The notes beneath the pieces are model-generated. The model did no database searches. It worked only from the letters and a program-made list of their open reading frames with translations, and had not been told where the DNA came from. The translations under genes were made by a program, and so were the position numbers. Below are positions 10,090 through 19,811 of a stretch of 64,000 bases of DNA, piece by piece. Positions within the stretch are counted from its first letter, which is position 1; every line of letters starts with the position of its first letter. The DNA is taken from contig OY763927.2 of the NCBI GenBank assembly GCA_963667665.2, forward strand, positions 448,001 through 512,000, read 5' to 3'. This stretch comes from Nitrosopumilus sp. (lineage in GTDB: Archaea > Thermoproteota > Nitrososphaeria > Nitrososphaerales > Nitrosopumilaceae).

Positions 10090-10194
10090 CTATTTGATTA
10101 TGTGATCTGTTCTAAGATCATTCTAACCATTTACAAGATGGTTACAAAATTCATCTCTACACTGTGTAGCATATCCACAACTACATCTACTCAT
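10090..10194 (-). pseudogene. Cys/His-finger micro-ORF coupled to TrmB, with internal TAG
   Basis: ATG at 10194 overlaps the trmB TGA. Translation MSRCSCGYATQCRDEFCNHLVNG*(10123-10125)NDLRTDHIIK*. Confidence 0.45.
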
Positions 10195-11036
10195 TCAAAA
10201 TCATCCTCACTTGATTTTGTCTTTATCCAGATGTTATCGAACAATAATGCTTTTGAGTAAATTATGGTTTCAGAATTTGTCCATATTGCTCTCATTTCTT
10301 TATTATTTCCTTCATTTTTAATGAAAAATAATACCTCATCATCATCTTTTAACAAAAAGCAAAGATTTTCTTTCACTGATGAACAGAGCTTCTTAATTTT
10401 TGATTTGTCCAGATCATCAAAGATATATTTTGATTTTTTTGAAATTGGTGTCAAAAGTTTGTAATCAATTTGATGCTCTTCTAATGCGTTAAGAAAGTTT
10501 GCATGATAAAATTTCATAAAGTCTTTTTCAGAACCTAAAATTCTGCATTCATTTTTGGCATTTAAAATCATGTCAAAAATCTTACTATTAACCTGATTTC
10601 CACCTTGCAAAACCTTGAATTTTTCTTCTTCTTTTTCCTCAGTTTCTGATGTATTTCCTGGAATCTTTTCCCAGATTGCTTCTAACTCTGGACCTGATTT
10701 TTTGAGTTTGTTTAAGCGCTCAGTTTCAGTATTTAGTAGAACCTGTATTGTTTTTTTAATTGGAATTGCTGTGAATTTTATAGGATGTTGAAATGATGCA
10801 TCAACTATCCCTTTGTTCTGTAGGGCTGTAAGCAAATGATATGTTTCACTTCTTGGAATGTTGACTGCTTTGGAAATTTCAGAGGCAGTCTTGGCACCAA
10901 TCTTTCCAAGATAGAAAAATACTTTGATCTGATTAGGGGTTAAACCAAAGGTGGTAAAGTACTCTTTTACCTGTTCATATTCCTCTCTATCAACAGGATA
11001 CATGCCTAATTGGAGTGTGTTTGGTGCTATTTCCAT
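10191..11036 (-). CDS. TrmB-family transcriptional regulator
   Basis: FGLTPNQIKVFFYLGKIGAKTASEISKAVNIPRSETYHLLTALQNKG wHTH plus a C-terminal effector domain; likely start MEIAPN at 11036. Confidence 0.9.
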   Translation of the reverse strand: MEIAPNTLQLGMYPVDREEYEQVKEYFTTFGLTPNQIKVFFYLGKIGAKTASEISKAVNIPRSETYHLLTALQNKGIVDASFQHPIKFTAIPIKKTIQVLLNTETERLNKLKKSGPELEAIWEKIPGNTSETEEKEEEKFKVLQGGNQVNSKIFDMILNAKNECRILGSEKDFMKFYHANFLNALEEHQIDYKLLTPISKKSKYIFDDLDKSKIKKLCSSVKENLCFLLKDDDEVLFFIKNEGNNKEMRAIWTNSETIIYSKALLFDNIWIKTKSSEDDFE

Positions 11037-11164
11037 TATTGGAAATAGTAATTTTTTTACATAAAAGCCTGATCGTGTAAATGTATACAAATTACTACAA
11101 ATACATACAATTGATTTATTTTTGATGCCTATTGTAAATTTAACGCGATGTTATTTTTTAGAAT

Positions 11165-11620
11165 TCAAATTTGAATAATTTGAAAGATTGCACTATTTGT
11201 TAGCAGATGTTTTTTGAATTGTATCTTTACAATCATACCATTTTCTTGAATATCCATTTTGATGTTTTGAAAAACTGTTTCATATTTTTTTATTTTTTTA
11301 TTATCGTTTGATAATTCAAATCCATTTGAAATTAAAATTCTATTTAAAATCATTGAATTAATTTTTCTATATCCTGATGTTTGTAGAATTTTTGATTCTT
11401 TTAAAATGTCTGAAACAATTAGTGATTTGTTCAAAACTGTGCCTAAAATCGCCTTTTTATCCTCATCTCCAAGCGTATCTATGATTATTTTGGATAACTC
11501 TTTATCTTGAATTGTAATCCATTCTTCTTTCTTCTCTGTTCTTTCTACTTCAATTACCTTAAGCAATGATTTTGTTTCAATCTCGTCTGCATCTGTTCCA
11601 GAAAAAATATTTGATTCCAT
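11165..11620 (-). pseudogene. Winged-helix regulator-like protein, probably 5'-truncated
   Basis: GDEDKKAIL..SDIL...QTSGYRKIN HTH. The upstream DNA encodes an unrelated plus-strand membrane-anchor tail (see findings). Confidence 0.55.
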
Positions 11621-11756
11621 TGATTTAGAATTACCTGAGTGGATTATCTATATTGTAATTGGTGGAATTTTGATGGTCGGAGTTGTTGTATTCCTGTTCT
11701 TAAAGAAATCCAAAGGTGCTTTGGAAGAAGAATGGGAAGAAGAAGAAGAAATTTAG
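11601..11756 (+). pseudogene. Orphan C-terminal membrane-anchor fragment
   Basis: Reads EKIFDSIDLELPEWIIYIVIGGILMVGVVVFLFLKKSKGALEEEWEEEEEI* with no convincing start upstream of the TM helix. Confidence 0.5.
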
Positions 11757-11968
11757 TTTTTATTTACTCTTTTTCTGTCTCTACAAATACCACAAAGATA
11801 ATCTTTCTTATAATTTTCTAATTCCACTTTGAATTCTTTAGTTTGAGAATATTTTTGCCCAGTTACTACTCTTCCTGGTACCCTTTTGTTACAATCTGTA
11901 CAACGAATTTCTACATAATATCTGATCCTTTTCTCATTTTCTAAAATTTTACCGATTATCATAGGCAT
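11753..11968 (-). CDS. Small zinc-ribbon protein
   Basis: CTDC...CGIC pair. Confidence 0.7.
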   Translation of the reverse strand: MPMIIGKILENEKRIRYYVEIRCTDCNKRVPGRVVTGQKYSQTKEFKVELENYKKDYLCGICRDRKRVNKN

Positions 11969-12048
11969 GTTTTATTTGGTTTTGATATAAACAATAGCCT
12001 AAAATCAAAACTCATGAATATTATACCGAAAAACTAGTACTATTTTTA

Positions 12049-12933
12049 ATGCTCTCAGTATGGCTTCGTGTAATTAGAGTAAGATTTCTTCTTGCATCTG
12101 TGATTGCAGTTTCTGTTGGGTTGTCACTTAATTGGCAGCAAAATTCTTCAATTGATCCATTTGATGCAATTTTGATATTTGCTGGAGTGATGGCACTTCA
12201 TGCAAGTGTGGATTTACTAAATGACTATTGGGATTTTAAAAGAGGAATTGATACAAAAACTAAACGAACTAAGATGAGTGGTGGAACTGGTGTTCTACCC
12301 GAAGGATTACTTAAACCATCATCAGTATATCGTGCAGGCGTTGCATTTTTAATTATTGGTTCTGTAATTGGGGGTTATTTTGTAATTACAGATGGAATTA
12401 TTGTTGGAATAATTTTGGGATTTGCAATTTTATCAATTTATTTTTATTCAACAAAAATTGTTGATTCTGGTTTAGGTGAATTCTTTGTTGCAGTAAAAGG
12501 CTCAATGATTGTAATTGGCACATACTATATTCAATCAGGAGAAATTACACTAGAATCCATTCTTGGAGGAATTGTTGTCGGAGTTTTGTCTTCTCTTGTA
12601 CTTTTCATTGCTTCTTTTCCTGATCATGATGCTGACAAGTCTAAAGGTAGAAAGTCTTTAGTTATTGCAGTTGGAAAGGAAAAAGCTGCAAAACTTTTTT
12701 GGATTTTTCCACTATTGTCATATTGTGCAATAATAATTGGTGTTTCTACAAATTTATTTCCTATTTTGTCTCTAATCACTCTATTTACAATTCCATTAAT
12801 GATAAAGTCTGGATTGGGGTTACGGAAAAATTTTGACTCTATTGATAATCTGGTTCCATTCATGTCATCAACTTTGATGTTTAGTAGAATTACTGGTGTT
12901 CTATTTGTTGCAAGTTTTTTGATTTCGCTGTGA
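12049..12933 (+). CDS. menA: UbiA-family prenyltransferase (MenA-like)
   Basis: NDYWDFKRGID and FPDHDADKSKGRKSL Asp-rich motifs; multiple TM helices. Confidence 0.85.
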   Translation: MLSVWLRVIRVRFLLASVIAVSVGLSLNWQQNSSIDPFDAILIFAGVMALHASVDLLNDYWDFKRGIDTKTKRTKMSGGTGVLPEGLLKPSSVYRAGVAFLIIGSVIGGYFVITDGIIVGIILGFAILSIYFYSTKIVDSGLGEFFVAVKGSMIVIGTYYIQSGEITLESILGGIVVGVLSSLVLFIASFPDHDADKSKGRKSLVIAVGKEKAAKLFWIFPLLSYCAIIIGVSTNLFPILSLITLFTIPLMIKSGLGLRKNFDSIDNLVPFMSSTLMFSRITGVLFVASFLISL

Positions 12934-12971
12934 CACTTTAAACATAAATTTGGCAATTTATGAGAATTTGT

Positions 12972-14072
12972 ATGATTTCAGGCTTTGCTACTTTAGAAGG
13001 AACTAAAAGATTTGCTCAAAATTCAGGCGTAAATCAAAGTAATTTCAACGAGTTTGCAAATCTTACTTTTTCTAATGTTGGTATTGGGACATATCTTGGT
13101 GATCCTGATTCTAGAACTGATGAATTAGTTACAAATGCTGTAAAACAATCAATTACTTCTGGAATCAATGTTGTAGATACTGCAATAAACTATAGATCAC
13201 AGAAAGCTGAGCGTTCTGTTGGAAAAGCTATTTCTGAATTAATTCAAGAAGAAAAAATTTCGCGTGATCAAATCTTTCTTAGCACTAAAAATGGATATGT
13301 AACAAATGATGCTGATGTCAAGCTAGGTTTTTGGGAATATGTCAAAGAAGAGTATTCACAAAAAGGTGTTATCAAAGAAGGTGATGTTACATCTGGGTAT
13401 CATTGTATGACTCCAACTTATCTTTCTGATCAACTAGATCGTAGTTTAAAAAATCTGGATTTGGAATGTGTTGATTTGATGTATCTTCATAATGCAGTTG
13501 AAGGACAAATTAAGGATGTACCAAAAGACAAGTTTTTGGAAAATTTAAAGTCTGTTTTTGAATTATATGAACAAAAACGTGATGAAGGAAAAATCAAATT
13601 CTATGGAATGGCTACTTGGGAATGTTTTAGAGTTTCAAATGATAATCCACAATATCTCTCATTAGAAGAAACTGTCAACATGGCAAAGTCTGTTGGTGGG
13701 GAAAATCATGGATTCAAATTCATTCAATTACCATTTAACATGCATTATGATCAAGCACTACTTGGAAAAACTCAAACAATTGGAACAGACTCTATATCTA
13801 TTTTAGAAACAGCAATTCGATTAGGAATTGGTGTTTTTACTAGCGTTCCATTTATGCAAGGACGTTTGTTGACTCCAGGTGCAATGCCTGATTTCAATGA
13901 ACTAAAACCATCTTTACGTGCTTTACAATTTATTCGTTCATCGCCTGGAGTTTTGGCTCCACTAGTAGGTCAGAAATCATCCGAACACGTGTCTGAAAAT
14001 CTTGAGATTATGAAAATTCCTCCAATACCTGAAGATGAATTTTTATCACTAGTAAAGAAACTTACTTCTTAA
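12972..14072 (+). CDS. Aldo/keto reductase
   Basis: GIGTY, DTAINY, LSTKNG, DLMYLHN and IQLPFN motifs. Confidence 0.9.
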   Translation: MISGFATLEGTKRFAQNSGVNQSNFNEFANLTFSNVGIGTYLGDPDSRTDELVTNAVKQSITSGINVVDTAINYRSQKAERSVGKAISELIQEEKISRDQIFLSTKNGYVTNDADVKLGFWEYVKEEYSQKGVIKEGDVTSGYHCMTPTYLSDQLDRSLKNLDLECVDLMYLHNAVEGQIKDVPKDKFLENLKSVFELYEQKRDEGKIKFYGMATWECFRVSNDNPQYLSLEETVNMAKSVGGENHGFKFIQLPFNMHYDQALLGKTQTIGTDSISILETAIRLGIGVFTSVPFMQGRLLTPGAMPDFNELKPSLRALQFIRSSPGVLAPLVGQKSSEHVSENLEIMKIPPIPEDEFLSLVKKLTS

Positions 14073-14139
14073 CAAGATATCTTGTTTGAAATTTTGTAGA
14101 AAGATATTAAACGAGTTATCATTAGTAAGAAAGAGTAAT

Positions 14140-14508
14140 TTGTCTGCCAAGATTTATGATTATGCTAAAATCTGTAATTCTATCTTGTCTATTGATCCTA
14201 AAATTAGATTTGTAGGTGTGATTAACGAGCGAGGACGTTTGGTTGCAGGAGGAATGAGAGAGAATGTTGAACCTTTGGAAAGTGAAAAAGATGATGAAAT
14301 GATTTTCATGGAACTAGCGTTACGTGTCAAAATGAGAAAAGAATTTGATAAACAACTTGGGGCTGTAAATTTTGCTATGGCTTCACGTGAGCGTGCACTT
14401 GCAATAAGTGCAATAATTAATGATGATATTTTGTATGTAGTATCTGAGCCTGATACTGATTATGCTATTCTTCCAAAAAAAATTCTTGACATAATACATT
14501 CTGACTAA
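14140..14508 (+). CDS. Roadblock/LC7-like protein (DUF6659-like)
   Basis: DPKIRFVGVINERGRLVAGG...FDKQLG pattern typical of thaumarchaeal roadblock-like proteins; likely TTG start at 14140. Confidence 0.75.
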   Translation: MSAKIYDYAKICNSILSIDPKIRFVGVINERGRLVAGGMRENVEPLESEKDDEMIFMELALRVKMRKEFDKQLGAVNFAMASRERALAISAIINDDILYVVSEPDTDYAILPKKILDIIHSD

Positions 14509-14574
14509 GTTCCATTTCCATTTCTGTGACTTTATGATCTTCTTAATTAGTAATAAAGATCCAGAATTTTTGAC

Positions 14575-14769
14575 ATGGATTGCATTGAGAAAATAGATTC
14601 TGGATATTTAGCAATGTCTGAATTAACTAAAGAAATTGGTTCCTTGGTTCAAAAATCTGTCAATCAAGGCAATGAAGAATTAACTCCATCTGATATAGAA
14701 CATATTTTAAAAATGACCACTGATGTTACACTTCAAATAAAATCAAAGTCAGTTGAATTAAGAATATGA
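14575..14769 (+). CDS. Small helical protein (paralogue of 30702-30875)
   Basis: GNEELTPSDIEHILKMTTDV aligns with GREHLIDLEIEHLIKMTNDV. Confidence 0.75.
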   Translation: MDCIEKIDSGYLAMSELTKEIGSLVQKSVNQGNEELTPSDIEHILKMTTDVTLQIKSKSVELRI

Positions 14770-15026
14770 ATACTTGTTATGATAGACATGATCCTAAATA
14801 CAAAATAAAATACAAATCATCTAGACTTGGAGGCTTTTCTTCTATGTGGCTTGTGTGTGAAAAATGTTTTGGAAAGCCTGAATTTTTTGGATCAATAAAT
14901 GAAATTGAATCCATTATATCTTTAGAACATTCTCAAGAGATTAGATTTAAAATTGAACACATATCTATTATGACTGAAAAAATTGGAGAAAAGATCCTAA
15001 AACATCTAAGAATCCATAGCCGATAG
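14766..15026 (+). CDS. Small Cys/His-finger protein (paralogue of 30875-31039) with C-terminal IEH helix
   Basis: CYDRHDPKY..WLVCEKC; ATGA overlap with the upstream gene. Confidence 0.75.
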   Translation: MNTCYDRHDPKYKIKYKSSRLGGFSSMWLVCEKCFGKPEFFGSINEIESIISLEHSQEIRFKIEHISIMTEKIGEKILKHLRIHSR

Positions 15027-15075
15027 AATTACCCTTTAACTCAATCTATAAATATAATTTACATCTGGAAAATTT

Positions 15076-15222
15076 GTGCCAGTAGATCCTGTTTGCGGAA
15101 TTGAACTTGATGAAGATTTAGCATTAATTCATGACCATGGTGGAAAAAAATTCTATTTCTGCTGTAATGGCTGCAGGAAAATTTTTGTCAAAAAACCTCG
15201 TAAATACAAAAATAATGTTTAG
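15076..15222 (+). CDS. YHS/TRASH-domain metal-binding microprotein (48 aa)
   Basis: Not in track. GTG start, MPVDPVCGIELDEDLALIHDHGGKKFYFCCNGCRKIFVKKPRKYKNNV. Confidence 0.85.
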   Translation: MPVDPVCGIELDEDLALIHDHGGKKFYFCCNGCRKIFVKKPRKYKNNV

Positions 15223-16166
15223 ATGGGAAAGGCACCACACATTCTACAAAATTTTGAATTTTTAACTTCATGTTTACAATAAGGACAAGTGTTTTTTGCA
15301 CTTTCATCTACTGGGGAACCAAATAATTTCTTAAAAATTTCATAATAGTGCATAGATTCTCTACTTCTAATTATCACACCATCTTCTTTCTCTGTGATTA
15401 GTTTTTTTCCTACAAATTTTTCTTCGTTAATTACTGAATCAAACAAATTTGTTAGCCCTGCAGTACCTGATCCATCCTGCATTGCTGATTTCTCTCTCCA
15501 TGCAATCTGATGTGGAATATATTTTTCAAATGTTTTACGTAGTATCCATTTCCCATATCTTTTTCCATTCTCATTTTTTACTTTCATATTTACAGGAATT
15601 TCTTTAGCTAGTTTTACAACAATATCATTTAGAAATGGCGATTCAATTTTTATTCCTAGTGCCTTTCCAATTTTTTGTGTTGGAAAGTGCATTATTGAGC
15701 AAACTCTTTTGATCTCTTCTTCTAATTCTTCTTCTGGTTTGTTTATTAGAAAACTGTATCCTGCAAATAATTCATCTGCCCCATCTCCTGTGATGATGGA
15801 TTTCTCACCATTTTCTTTGGCCCATTTTATTGCAAGATACATTACTACGTTGTTGCGAATTTCAATATCGTTAAAATTTTTTAAAATTTTGATTGTTTCT
15901 TCAACTGCTTCAAGAATTGTGGCAGTTTCAACATTGTAAATTGATAGAGGTAATTGCATTTCTTTTGAAATCATTTGACAATAAGTCAGATCTGTTGAAA
16001 CATAATCCTCTGCAATGATTGCAACTGACTTTGGTTTTCTTTGTTTTAGAAAATATGCTATGATGGAACTATCTAATCCTCCTGACAGTGAAATTAAATT
16101 TGATTTACATTCATTACAAGATTCTTCTAAAATTCTGTATAGATTCTTGGAAACTTTATCCAACAT
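15219..16166 (-). CDS. Asparagine synthase C-terminal-domain protein (no glutaminase domain)
   Basis: LSGGLDSS, TGDGADELFAGY, KWILRK and WREK motifs; C-terminal CPYC..CRMC ribbon. Confidence 0.85.
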   Translation of the reverse strand: MLDKVSKNLYRILEESCNECKSNLISLSGGLDSSIIAYFLKQRKPKSVAIIAEDYVSTDLTYCQMISKEMQLPLSIYNVETATILEAVEETIKILKNFNDIEIRNNVVMYLAIKWAKENGEKSIITGDGADELFAGYSFLINKPEEELEEEIKRVCSIMHFPTQKIGKALGIKIESPFLNDIVVKLAKEIPVNMKVKNENGKRYGKWILRKTFEKYIPHQIAWREKSAMQDGSGTAGLTNLFDSVINEEKFVGKKLITEKEDGVIIRSRESMHYYEIFKKLFGSPVDESAKNTCPYCKHEVKNSKFCRMCGAFPI

Positions 16167-16272
16167 TCAACGTATAGAGTTGAAATTAAAATAGCTATGC
16201 CTAATGATCTTCTTCTGGGTACTCAATTTATCATTGTAAACTTTAAATTCATTATTGAATGATTAAGAATTA

Positions 16273-16689
16273 ATGCTACTTCCAGCTGAAATAGAATCTA
16301 AAAATCTAATTCCTGCATTACGAGCAATTCTTGCTAAAAAACTTGCAGAAGATCATAATATTAGAGAAGATGAAATTTCAAAAATGCTTGGAGTTACACA
16401 AGCTGCAGTTAGTAATTACATTCGTGGAACAAGAGGTGATCCATCATTGATTGCAAAACTTTTAGCAGAAAAACAAGTTGCAACTATGATAAAGGAATTA
16501 ATTGATAGTCTTTCATCCGATATGGCCTATACTCCATCTAATCTTTCAAAATTTATCGGTCTTTGTAATTATATTAAATCTAGTTTGCTAATATGTGAGA
16601 TACATCACAATCTAGAATCTGACATAGATGAACAAGTCTGCAAAGAATGTGAAAACATGCTTCTTAAAGGCCCTGGAAGCGTTTACTAG
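16273..16689 (+). CDS. XRE-type HTH transcriptional regulator
   Basis: EISKMLGVTQAAVSNYIRGTRG plus CEIH..CKEC. Confidence 0.85.
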   Translation: MLLPAEIESKNLIPALRAILAKKLAEDHNIREDEISKMLGVTQAAVSNYIRGTRGDPSLIAKLLAEKQVATMIKELIDSLSSDMAYTPSNLSKFIGLCNYIKSSLLICEIHHNLESDIDEQVCKECENMLLKGPGSVY

Positions 16690-17000
16690 ATTTTATTTAA
16701 AATAATCTCAATAGTTGATGTCATCCTACCAATACCTGCAGCTGATACTGTGTCGAGGGTAATTTTTTGAACTTTGGAATTTCCTTTTAGCATTTTTTCT
16801 GTAATGATATTTGCAGTTGCAACAGCATTTGGAATTGAATTTCCTCTGGCTTTGAGCATAACTTGATTTTTGCTTCCCAGAATTGATAATACATCAATAG
16901 CTGATTGCATTACCGGTTCATTTCCAATAGTTATTATGGTATCTTCAGACTTTTTGGTCTGCTCTTGACCATATGGTTCATTTGACTCTTCCATGAGCAT
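16686..17000 (-). CDS. albA: Alba chromatin/RNA-binding protein
   Basis: IGNEPVM, LKARGNSIPNAVATA and STIEIIL motifs; divergent paralogue. Confidence 0.8.
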   Translation of the reverse strand: MLMEESNEPYGQEQTKKSEDTIITIGNEPVMQSAIDVLSILGSKNQVMLKARGNSIPNAVATANIITEKMLKGNSKVQKITLDTVSAAGIGRMTSTIEIILNKI

Positions 17001-17051
17001 TATTCAACAACCAGCAATTTTTTGTTCTTTTAAGTTTTATCGATCAATGAT

Positions 17052-17540
17052 TCATTTATCAAAGTAATCAATTGGGATGTTCTGAAAGTCCCCATTTGGA
17101 AGTACTCTTCTAATTGTAATTGGAATTACTCTTTGTTCTAGTTCTTCCATTGAAATATCTAATGAAATTCTTGCAGTTTTTGGAATTGGAATAAATGGTG
17201 GTGCTCCTAAAGATAACTGCAATGCCCTTGCACCCATAATTCTTGCCTTTTCAAATTTAGTTAATGTTGGTGGCCCAATTGTGATTTTACCTTTTTCACA
17301 AGGAATCTCCACTGAATCATGCTCTACTATTTTATCAACAACATCTCTTGCTTCAATAGTATCAATTCTTTTTTGAAGATTTTCTAGTTCTTTTTCAGAT
17401 AATGGGTCTGCACCTTTTTTCTCAAATAATTTACGATAAGTGTCTAGTGCTTTGTTTAACCCTGCATTTTCTTCTGTTGCTTCACTTGTAACTTCAGCTT
17501 CTGGAGATTCTACCACTCGAGTTTCTTCAGTTTTAGACAA
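17052..17540 (-). CDS. rpoK: DNA-directed RNA polymerase subunit Rpo6 (K)
   Basis: LTKFEKARIMGARALQLSLGAPP..IPITIRRVLPNG; likely TTG start at 17540. Confidence 0.93.
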   Translation of the reverse strand: MSKTEETRVVESPEAEVTSEATEENAGLNKALDTYRKLFEKKGADPLSEKELENLQKRIDTIEARDVVDKIVEHDSVEIPCEKGKITIGPPTLTKFEKARIMGARALQLSLGAPPFIPIPKTARISLDISMEELEQRVIPITIRRVLPNGDFQNIPIDYFDK

Positions 17541-17592
17541 GTAACAAAATTTTCTTAAAACGTTATATAATCTAACCATTTTAAAGTACGAA

Positions 17593-17979
17593 TTGAGTAC
17601 AAATTCAGTCTCACGAAAACAATTAATTTTAGAAATTCGAGGAAAAGCAAAGATCACATGTGATCTTAAACGTCATCTATCTCCGAGAACTGTTGGAAGC
17701 ATAATGAGATCATTACCGCTAGAAGGACATGCTCATCTATTGGGACAAAGTATTTTGTATTTTGAAACTGCAGTTGATTCTGGAATTGAGAGGGCTAGAT
17801 CTGATTTCAAGAAAGGCGATGTTGCATTTTTACCATCATCTGGAAGCATTTGTTTTTTTATCAATAATGTAACATCTGGAAAAACCATGACGCCTATAGG
17901 AAAATTAAGTAACAATATTGATGCATTAAATGATGTTAAATCTGGAGATGTATTTTGTATCTATGAGGAAACTACTTGA
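17593..17979 (+). CDS. Cyclophilin-like fold protein
   Basis: PRTV..I..SLP, LYF, KGDVAFLP..GSICFF and TPIGK pattern. Confidence 0.75.
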   Translation: MSTNSVSRKQLILEIRGKAKITCDLKRHLSPRTVGSIMRSLPLEGHAHLLGQSILYFETAVDSGIERARSDFKKGDVAFLPSSGSICFFINNVTSGKTMTPIGKLSNNIDALNDVKSGDVFCIYEETT

Positions 17980-18269
17980 TACAGATGATGTCCTGAATAT
18001 CCGCCAACTCTTTTTACAATTCCTTTATTGGTTGATTCTATAAGAAATGCATTTGCTGCAGAAATTTTGACCCCTGTTTGTCTTGCAAGATCTTGGACTG
18101 TAACTACTTTGGAATTTTGAATAATTTTCATTGCTTGTTGCTCGTTTACCATAACTGTGATCTCTGCCTTTCTTGGACCACTATCCCCCCTGTCTTTCTT
18201 TTTCTTAGAGTCCTTTGAATTTGTTGGCTTGTTTTTCTTTGCTCTAGTTGGTTTCTTTGCTCCACCCAT
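17961..18269 (-). CDS. rps25e: 30S ribosomal protein S25e
   Basis: Lys-rich N-terminus, KVVTVQDLARQTGVKISAA wHTH. Confidence 0.8.
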   Translation of the reverse strand: MGGAKKPTRAKKNKPTNSKDSKKKKDRGDSGPRKAEITVMVNEQQAMKIIQNSKVVTVQDLARQTGVKISAANAFLIESTNKGIVKRVGGYSGHHLYQVVSS

Positions 18270-18395
18270 GATTTAAGAAAAAAATATTCCTCTTATAAAC
18301 GATGAACCATCTTTTTGATTTACTAATTTATCAGGGATTTTAAAAAAAATTCTGTTTATTTTCAAATATAAATAACATCTTTGTAATTTGATTAT

Positions 18396-18608
18396 ATGGG
18401 ACTTGTCTCAAAAGGTGCAAAATGCAATGTTGATGGATGTGATAAAGATGGTGCTCGATCATTGAACACTGTAAAAGTTGAACGTGCAGGAATTAGAGTA
18501 AATTCTTCAGGTAAGAAATCTGTTCTTTGTAAAGAACACTATAAAGAATGGAAAAAAGAATCTAAAGATGATCGAGATCTTGAACGTGCTCGCTATGACA
18601 AGTTTTAG
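18396..18608 (+). CDS. Small conserved Cys/His-finger protein
   Basis: CNVDGC...LCKEHY. Confidence 0.7.
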   Translation: MGLVSKGAKCNVDGCDKDGARSLNTVKVERAGIRVNSSGKKSVLCKEHYKEWKKESKDDRDLERARYDKF

Positions 18609-19699
18609 TTTTTCTTTTTTGATTTATTTTTATTGAATGATGGATTTTTGATATAGTCATCTCTTAATTTATCATATAGTTTATCTAATTTTTTGTATAG
18701 CCGTTTTGGTTTTCTTGTTTTTTGATTACTAAGTACGTATAATGCCAAAATTGGAAATGCAATTGTTGCATCAGCATAAACTGTTATCAGTCCGTCATGT
18801 GCATCTTGAACTTTGCCCCAACTCTTTCCTTCTTGCAGTGTTGCACCAGATAATCCACCTGTGTCTGGTCGTGCATCTGTAATTTGAATAATGTAATCTT
18901 GTCCTCCATCACTTCTTCGTAGAATCTGATCTAATAGTGGACCTGTTTGCTGAGCTGTATTCTTTGGTACTCCTCCACCTAATTCTAAAATTCCTGATTT
19001 CTTTGAACCATAAAGAATCGCTGCTTGTTCGATAATTTCTTTAACAAAATCATGATTGTATATTTTTCCTTTCAGTCTTTGAATTGATAAATTCAATGCC
19101 AGTGAAGAATCATTCATTGTAGAAATGTATACAGGAACATCATATTCGTATGCAGTTGCGATGAAACTCTTTTCAGGATATTTTGCCTTCTCTTTACTCA
19201 TCTTTCCCATCAAATTACAAAATTCTGCAGATGTAAATGGTTCATCAAGAACATCTTTCCCAAACATTTTCTGAATAACTTGATCTTCTGCTTCTAATGT
19301 TTCGTAAAACTTTATGTATACATCTCTGATTCTAACAATCTCTTTTTGAAATAATTTCATATCATCAACAACAGAACTTCCTTGTTTGATAGGTAATCCC
19401 CATGCAAAATGATCTTCATGATAAACGTTAGCCCCAGTTGTGATAATCCAATCAACAAATCCACGTTCGATTAATGTTTTAATGATTCCTCCAAATCCAA
19501 CTAGTGTCAATGCACCAGATACTGTAAGACAAATAGTTGCATCGTCTTTGATCATTTTTGCATAAAGTTTTGCTGCTTCACCAAGTTTTCGTCCATTAAA
19601 CCCTGAACTCTCAAATACATCAACTAAATTCTCTATAGTCATGTTTTGATCTAATTTTATGTGAGGGATATCTCTACCATGAAATTTGTGTGGGTACAC
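18605..19699 (-). CDS. Deoxyhypusine synthase family protein (DHS or homospermidine-synthase-like paralogue)
   Basis: ITTGAN, GGGVPKN and TGGLSGATLQEGKSWGK motifs. Confidence 0.88.
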   Translation of the reverse strand: MYPHKFHGRDIPHIKLDQNMTIENLVDVFESSGFNGRKLGEAAKLYAKMIKDDATICLTVSGALTLVGFGGIIKTLIERGFVDWIITTGANVYHEDHFAWGLPIKQGSSVVDDMKLFQKEIVRIRDVYIKFYETLEAEDQVIQKMFGKDVLDEPFTSAEFCNLMGKMSKEKAKYPEKSFIATAYEYDVPVYISTMNDSSLALNLSIQRLKGKIYNHDFVKEIIEQAAILYGSKKSGILELGGGVPKNTAQQTGPLLDQILRRSDGGQDYIIQITDARPDTGGLSGATLQEGKSWGKVQDAHDGLITVYADATIAFPILALYVLSNQKTRKPKRLYKKLDKLYDKLRDDYIKNPSFNKNKSKKKN

Positions 19700-19811
19700 T
19701 TTTTAAAAATAACTTTTAACTGTAATTAATGCTTACGCAAGGATTCTTTGATGTGTAATTCTGAATTTACGTAAACATTACTTATCTAGGAATGACATGT
19801 AATGATCCTAG

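Noticed and set aside
11639-11821. 60-aa plus-strand ORF in the track
   Set aside because: Wrong frame; the neighbouring frame gives a coherent TM anchor tail.
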